Of a stretch of DNA of 64,000 nucleotides, positions 58,276 to 64,000 are shown piece after piece. A model generated the notes under the pieces. It searched no databases and had not been told where the DNA came from. It was given only the letters and a program-made list of their open reading frames with translations. Made by a program: the position numbers and the translations under genes. How positions within the stretch are numbered: position 1 is the stretch's first letter; each line of letters begins with the position of its first letter. The stretch covers positions 192,001-256,000 of the forward strand of contig CAWEMM010000014.1 in assembly GCA_963810095.1 (NCBI GenBank), read 5' to 3'. Origin of the DNA: an uncultured Chloroflexia bacterium (GTDB taxonomy: Bacteria; Chloroflexota; Anaerolineae; CG2-30-64-16).

Positions 58276-58848
58276 ATGAGCGCACCGGAACTCGCGGCAG
58301 CATGCCAGGTGCCTTGCTTGCGGGGCATTGTCGAAGGGGAGGCAGAAGCGCCGCCTCAATCGATGCTTCGCCGGCTGAAGCTGATGGTTCGCCGGCGGAT
58401 GAGCCCGCAAACGGAACGGCGGTTCAAGGCACGCACGAACGCGGCGATGAACTGGATCTGCAGCGTCACGGGGAAGCCCCGACACCCGGCCGAATTGACC
58501 GTTGCACCCGCTGTCCACCTGCAGGCCGGTGATTGGGTCCGCGTGCGATCGAAGGCCGAGATCGACCGCACGCTCAACCACTGGCGCCAGTTGCGGGGGT
58601 GCACATTCATGCCAGAAATGGTGCAGTACTGCGAAAGCACCCAGCGGGTCTACAAGCCGCTCGGGAGGTTCGTAGACGAGCGTGATCTGCGCGTCAAGAC
58701 GGCCAGGGGCATCGTGCTTCTCGACCGGGTGATCTGCCAGGGTACCGCGGAATTCGGGCGGTGCGACCGTTCCTGCATGCTCTTCTGGCGCGAGGAGTGG
58801 CTCGAGAGGGTCGATGCGCCTGAACGGGAACCTATCGGCGAGGTATAG
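58276..58848 (+). CDS. Conserved Cys-containing hypothetical protein with SH3-like segment
   Basis: LQAGDWVRVRSKAEI..RGCTFMPEM..C..VICQG...CDRSCMLFWREEWLERV; GAGGAG RBS. Confidence 0.75.
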   Translation: MSAPELAAACQVPCLRGIVEGEAEAPPQSMLRRLKLMVRRRMSPQTERRFKARTNAAMNWICSVTGKPRHPAELTVAPAVHLQAGDWVRVRSKAEIDRTLNHWRQLRGCTFMPEMVQYCESTQRVYKPLGRFVDERDLRVKTARGIVLLDRVICQGTAEFGRCDRSCMLFWREEWLERVDAPEREPIGEV

Positions 58849-58850
58849 CG

Positions 58851-60445
58851 ATGAGCCAGTACGCTCTGGGTGGCATGGACCTGGAACGTCGGGACAGCAT
58901 AACGCTGGCTGCCCCGGTGAAGCGCGCCTTTGACATCGTCATCTCGCTGCTGGCGCTGATCTGTCTCGCCCCGTTACTCGCCCTGATCGCGGTCGCAGTC
59001 ACACACGATTCGCCTGGGCCCGCGATTTACCGCGGGCCGCGCGTGGGATTGGGCGGCCGGGTTTTCCAGATTCTGAAGTTCAGGACCATGTACGATGCGG
59101 CCTCCAGCTACTCCGGACCCAGAGTCACTGCACATGACGACCCGCGGGTGACTCCGCTTGGGCGGTGGCTGCGGAGCACCAAGTTGAACGAGTTGCCCCA
59201 ATTCTGGAATGTGCTGCGCGGCGACATGAGCCTGGTGGGCCCGCGGCCCGAGGACCCGTCTCTCGCCGCCGAGTGGCCGGCCGACGCGCGTGGGCGGATT
59301 CTTTCCGTGCGGCCCGGCATCACCAGCCCCGCCTCGGTTCTCTATCATAACGAGGAGGCGCTGCTCTGCAGCAACGACCTCTTCCGTAAGTACGCGCAGG
59401 AGGTGGGCCCTGACAAGCTGCGCCTCGACGAGCTCTACGTGCGCTACCTTTCGTTCTGCCTCGATATGGATACCTTGCTGTGGACTGCCTTGATCATGCT
59501 GCCGCGGGTGCGCTCGTTCGAGCCGCCCGAAAGCCTGCTGCTGGTCGGACCGTTCACGCGGCTTCGTCCGGCAGGTATGCCAACTGGTTCGCAATCGATT
59601 GGCTGGTGGCGTTGGTTGCAATCGGGTGCGCCGGGCTCGTCTGGCGAATCTACGGGCCACTGAACGTCGGCTGGCCCAAGGCGGTCGCGTCAGCTCTCGC
59701 CTTTGCACTGCTCTTCAGCATCACCGGCGCCGTCCTCGGCATCAATCGCGTCTCCTGGACGAAGGCCCGGGCCGAGGATGTCGGCGACTTGATCCTGGCG
59801 TGGGCGATTGCCGCAGGACTGACCTTCATCATCAGCCTCGTCGTGCGCGTGCTGCCGTTGGGCCTGCTGGTGCTTGCGTTCGTATTGGCTCTCTGCGGCT
59901 CCATTGCAATCCGCTATCGCACCCGCCTGGTGACAGCGTGCCTGAGCTACGCGATGCGCCGGAGGCGCAGGAACGCTGCCGACTGCGGGGACCGGGTCGT
60001 GATCGTGGGCGCCGGTCAGAATGCCCGGTATGCGACGTTACTGCTGAATCAGCCCGGAAACGTCCAGAAATTTCAGTTGGTGGGACTGGTGGACGACGAT
60101 CCCTTCGCGCAGGGTATGCGCCTCTACGGTGCGACGGTCGTGGGCACGCGGCACAATCTCCCTGGCCTCATCGCGCAGCAGAACATCAAAGTCGTCATCC
60201 TCGCGGACCCGGCCATTGCGCAGGGCGACATCGGCCCAATTACAGACGCATGTCGCGCGGCTAACAGCCGAGTCGTACGCATGCCCGATCTGGCCAGCGC
60301 GTTGGGCGCCTGGTGCGGGGGCGCCGACGATGCGGGCTGCCCGTCCGCCGCGCGTGCGGAAGCAACTTGCCTCGAGTGCCTTGCCCGGCGGTCCGCAGTG
60401 GGCGCGGCTGCCGCTTCAGAGAAAGAAACCGCAGGGGTGCCATGA
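58851..60445 (+). CDS. Priming phosphoglycosyl-transferase domain fused to 4TM + CoA-binding-like region (frameshift near 59570)
   Basis: KRAFDI, KFRTM, DPRVTPLGRWLR, LNELPQ, GDMSLVGPRPE, RPGIT; then 4 TM, VVIVGAG, VGLVDDD, GATVVG. Confidence 0.85.
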
Positions 60446-61437
60446 ACGACTTCTTCAGCGGCAAGCAAGTCCTGATAACGGGCGCGGGAGGCTTCATCGG
60501 GAGTCATCTCGTCGAGGCATTGGCGGCACGCGGGGCGCGGGTGCGGGCTTTCGTGCGTTACAACTCGCGCGGCGATCCGGGCCTGCTCTCCTTGCTGCCC
60601 GGCGACCTTTTTGCGTCGCTGGACGTCATTCCCGGCGACCTGCGCGACCTGCCGGCGCTGTTAGCCGCATGCGCGGCGTCGAAGTCGTCTATCACCTCGG
60701 CGCGCTCATCGCGATTCCCTACTCCTATCTGCATCCGAGTGGAGGTCGTGCAGTCCAACGTTTTGGGAACGATGAATATCCTCCTCGCAGCCAGGGAGAC
60801 TGGCGTCAGCCGCATCGTGCACACCTCCACCAGCGAAGTTTATGGGAGCGCGTTACGCACCCCCATCGACGAGACGCATCCGCTGCAAGGACAGTCGCCT
60901 TACTCAGCCAGCAAGATCGGCGCCGACAAGCTGGCCGAAAGCTTCTACTGTGCTTTCGGGCTGCCCGTGGTGACAGTGCGGCCGTTCAACACCTACGGCC
61001 CGCGCCAGTCGGCGCGGGCCGTCATCCCCTCGATCATCGCTCAGGCGCTCACCCAGGAGGTCGTCCGCCTGGGCAACCTCGACGCCCGCCGCGATTTTAC
61101 TTTTGTTTCCGATACGGTAGGCGGATTCCTGGCTGCGGGACAGGCTCGCGGTGTCGAAGGACAAGTCTTCAACTTGGGGGTGGGTCGTGACATCCGGATC
61201 GGCGACCTGGCCGCCGAAATCTTCGCGCTTTTGGGCGTCACCCGGGAGATATGGGTCGACCGCGCGCGGCTGCGGCCCGACAAGAGCGAGGTGAGTCGCC
61301 TCATCTCGGATAACCGTCGCGCAGCCGAGTGCCTCGGGTGGGTGCCCCGCGTTTCGCTACCGGATGGCCTGGCGGCGACCATCGACTGGATCTCGGCTCA
61401 TGTTAGCTCGTATCGGCCCGAAAAGGACCAGGTGTAG
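60442..61437 (+). CDS. NDP-sugar 4,6-dehydratase (LegB-like SDR); compensating frameshift pair near 60670-60740
   Basis: ITGAGGFIGSHL, RYNSRG, HLGALIAIPYSY (alternate frame), TSTSEVYG, QSPYSASKIGAD, RPFNTYGPRQSARA. Confidence 0.92.
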   Translation: MNDFFSGKQVLITGAGGFIGSHLVEALAARGARVRAFVRYNSRGDPGLLSLLPGDLFASLDVIPGDLRDLPALLAACAASKSSITSARSSRFPTPICIRVEVVQSNVLGTMNILLAARETGVSRIVHTSTSEVYGSALRTPIDETHPLQGQSPYSASKIGADKLAESFYCAFGLPVVTVRPFNTYGPRQSARAVIPSIIAQALTQEVVRLGNLDARRDFTFVSDTVGGFLAAGQARGVEGQVFNLGVGRDIRIGDLAAEIFALLGVTREIWVDRARLRPDKSEVSRLISDNRRAAECLGWVPRVSLPDGLAATIDWISAHVSSYRPEKDQV

Positions 61438-61488
61438 CGAGAAGGCGAGTGACCATCAATCCTGTGCAGGCGGTACAAGGAGGCAACG

Positions 61489-62271
61489 ATGAAGGCGGTT
61501 ATCCTGGCAGGCGGCAAGGGCACCCGGCTGGCACCCTATACGAAGGTTCTGCCCAAGCCGCTGATGCCGATCGGCGAGGACATGCCGATTCTGGAGGTTC
61601 TGCTGCGCCAGCTCAAACGGTCCGGCATCGACGACGTGACACTCGCCGTCGGGCACTCGGCAGCGCTGCTGTGCGCCTTCTTCCAGGATGGGCAGCGGCT
61701 GGGCCTGGGCATCCACTACAGCTACGAACACCAGCCCCTCGGCACGGCAGGGCCGCTGTCACTGCTCGACGGGCTGGATGAGACCTTCATGGTGGCCAAC
61801 GGCGACGTGCTGACGACGCTGCCGTTCACAGCTTTGATCGACGCCCATCACCGCCGGGGCGCCATTGCAACCATTGCATCCAGTGTTAAGAAGATCAAGA
61901 TTGACCTGGGCGTGATCGGGATTGGCGCCGGCAGCCTGATCGTAGGCTATACAGAGAAGCCCACATACGAGTTCCTTGTCAGCATGGGCATCTACGTCTT
62001 CGAGCCGCGCGTCCTTTCTTACATCGGACACCAGGAGCGTCTCGACTTTCCGGACCTGGTCCTGCGCCTGATCGCTGCGGGCGAGCGGGTGTTGAGCTAC
62101 CCCTACGACGGCTACTGGATGGACCTCGGCCGAGTTGAGGACTACGAGCAGGCCGTTCGGGATTTCGAGAGCTTGAAGTCGCAGATGCTCGGGGAGCCGG
62201 AGGCGGGGCCGGCTCCCCAGCCTGCATTCGGCGTGCCGGTTGTGCCGCTCCAACATGCCGTGCCGGCATAG
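61489..62271 (+). CDS. Sugar-1-phosphate nucleotidyltransferase (guanylyltransferase-like)
   Basis: ILAGGKGTRLAPYT..PKPL, PLGTAG, NGDVL, EKP, YWMDLGR. Confidence 0.93.
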   Translation: MKAVILAGGKGTRLAPYTKVLPKPLMPIGEDMPILEVLLRQLKRSGIDDVTLAVGHSAALLCAFFQDGQRLGLGIHYSYEHQPLGTAGPLSLLDGLDETFMVANGDVLTTLPFTALIDAHHRRGAIATIASSVKKIKIDLGVIGIGAGSLIVGYTEKPTYEFLVSMGIYVFEPRVLSYIGHQERLDFPDLVLRLIAAGERVLSYPYDGYWMDLGRVEDYEQAVRDFESLKSQMLGEPEAGPAPQPAFGVPVVPLQHAVPA

Positions 62272-62293
62272 GGAAGGAGCACGGGGAGGTAGT

Positions 62294-63457
62294 ATGCAGC
62301 TACGCATTCCACTGTCTGACTTGGACTACGGGCCAGAAGAGGAGCAGGCGGTCCTCGACGTCCTCCGGCGCCGCTGGCTGACGATGGCTGCGGTGACGGA
62401 GGAGTTCGAGAGCGCGTTTGCCGCATTTTCGGGCGTCCGCCACGCGTTTGCCGTGACGAACGGCACGACTGCGCTGCACCTGGCATGCCTGGCGCTCGGC
62501 ATCGGGCCCGGCGACGAGGTCATCGTCCCGTCGCTAACCTTCGTCGCCAGCGCAAATGCAGTCCTTTACACGGGCGCAGACGTGCGCTTCGCGGACATTA
62601 TTGGGCCAGATAACCTGAACATCTCTCCGGCCGCGATCGAGTGGCAGATTACGCCACGCACGACGGCCGTGCTGGTCGTCCACTACGGCGGTTACCCCTG
62701 CCATATGTCCGAGATCATGGAACTGGCCCGGCGGAATGGGCTGGCGGTTATCGAGGACGCAGCCCATGCCCCCGGTGCGCGGCTCGGCGGCCGGGCGCTG
62801 GGCACCTGGGGCGACGTAGGGTGTTTCAGCTTCTTCTCGAACAAGAACATGGCGACGGGAGAAGGCGGCATGATCGTGACCAACAGCGACGTTTTGGCCG
62901 AGAGGATCAAGCTGCTGCGCTCGCACGGGATGACGACGCTCACATGGGACCGGCATCGCGGCCACGCCTCCACGTACGATGTCGTGAGGCTGGGCTACAA
63001 CTACCGGATCGACGAGATTCACTCTGCCCTGGGGCTGGCCCAACTGGCCAAGCTTCCTGCCAACAACGCGCGCCGGCGGCGTCTCACCCGCCGCTACTGG
63101 GACGGTTTGCAAGACCCGATGTTCGCCGGGATCGAGGCGCCGTTTCAGCACGCGGCCGGCGAGTCCAGCCACCACATCCTGCCGGTGTTATTGCCGGTGG
63201 GCGCCGACCGCCAGACGTTCATGGACGATCTGCGCGGGCTCGGGGTGCAGAGCAGCATCCATTACCCCCCGATCCACCGCTTCAGCTACCATGCAGCGCG
63301 GTACCCGGACGTCGTGTTGCCAGTTACGGAAGCCGTTGCGGCCCGGGAGGTGACGTTACCGCTGTATCCCGCAATGACCGAAGAGGATGTCGATTACGTG
63401 CTTGTCGCCGCTGCGACAGCCCTGGCGGCCGCTCGCCGGGAGGCCGAGTTTGCCTGA
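62294..63457 (+). CDS. DegT/DnrJ/EryC1/StrS sugar aminotransferase
   Basis: NGTTALHLA, IEDAAHA, FSFFSNKNMATGEGG, GYNYR, LPLYP. Confidence 0.95.
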   Translation: MQLRIPLSDLDYGPEEEQAVLDVLRRRWLTMAAVTEEFESAFAAFSGVRHAFAVTNGTTALHLACLALGIGPGDEVIVPSLTFVASANAVLYTGADVRFADIIGPDNLNISPAAIEWQITPRTTAVLVVHYGGYPCHMSEIMELARRNGLAVIEDAAHAPGARLGGRALGTWGDVGCFSFFSNKNMATGEGGMIVTNSDVLAERIKLLRSHGMTTLTWDRHRGHASTYDVVRLGYNYRIDEIHSALGLAQLAKLPANNARRRRLTRRYWDGLQDPMFAGIEAPFQHAAGESSHHILPVLLPVGADRQTFMDDLRGLGVQSSIHYPPIHRFSYHAARYPDVVLPVTEAVAAREVTLPLYPAMTEEDVDYVLVAAATALAAARREAEFA

Positions 63458-63584
63458 TCGCCAGATCGCATAGAAGGGCATAGCAGCCACGTGACGCCGA
63501 TTACAACAAACAGACGGTGACAGAGAGCGCCGGAACGTGTAATGATAGGATGAGGTTTGTGGGTGCAGTGGATGGTGCAGCGGA

Positions 63585-64000
63585 ATGGCGAAGAACCGGC
63601 GAATCAGCGACATCGACATCGACGAGGACATGGCCTATCAGGAACGCGAGTGGAAGATTCAGCGCGTCGGCTGGGCGGTCATCTGGCTCCTGATCCTGGC
63701 GGCGCTGCTGGGCGGCTTCGGCAAGGGCGTGCTGGCGAATGCGCGGCTGGGCGACCCGTCTGGCGCCCTCACAGCCAACTATGCCCGCATCGAGCGTTAC
63801 CGGTCTCCGACGACGATCGAGGTGATCGTCGGGCCGGGCCAGGCCACGGCCGGGAATTTCGCGCTGACGCTGAACCGGGCGTTCGTGGATCGGATTTCGA
63901 TCGACCGCATCGACCCCGAGCCGGCCTCGGTCAAGAGCGAGGTGGACCGGCTGCGTTACGAGTTCGAAGTCACCGCCGACGGGCAGCCCGCGCATGTCTT
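63585..64000 (+). CDS. Hypothetical single-TM protein, truncated by the window end
   Basis: Open frame MAKNRRISDIDIDEDMAYQEREWKIQRVGWAVIWLLILAALLGGFG...IDRIDPEP; absent from the ORF track because it has no stop in the window. Confidence 0.75.
   Translation, partial: MAKNRRISDIDIDEDMAYQEREWKIQRVGWAVIWLLILAALLGGFGKGVLANARLGDPSGALTANYARIERYRSPTTIEVIVGPGQATAGNFALTLNRAFVDRISIDRIDPEPASVKSEVDRLRYEFEVTADGQPAHV

Overview
GC-rich bacterial chromosome segment. Gene content and repeat type suggest Chloroflexota (Anaerolineae/Caldilineae-like); this is an inference. Scattered 1-2 nt indels split even housekeeping genes (fabD, recG), so most frameshifts are probably long-read errors. Block 1 (1-23 kb) is a signalling island. 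A 7TM histidine kinase and NarL-type regulator precede a small degenerate receiver gene, a ~2200-aa secreted CSLREA/beta-helix/C25-protease/PKD protein with 20 NPDAW(A/S) repeats, and a soluble-adenylate-cyclase-like STAND-TPR protein. Divergent from these is an operon of nucleotide translocase-HEAT-cNMP, HD-cNMP and HD phosphohydrolase genes. Block 2 (23-43 kb) is housekeeping: cPGS-like GTPase, tatC/tatB, nusB, asp23, fabG/fabD, rpmF, DUF177, coaD, recG, degV, DAK2, rpmB, rpe, guaA, xpt. Block 3 (43-63.5 kb) is a Wzx/Wzy exopolysaccharide cluster headed by a second copy of the same 'NarL regulator / TGYCCY-motif spacer / degenerate receiver' cassette. Best candidates for undescribed systems: this repeated cassette in front of two surface/matrix outputs, and an apparently complete cyclic-nucleotide circuit (make, sense, transport, degrade). 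No rRNA, tRNA, CRISPR array or transposase was recognised.
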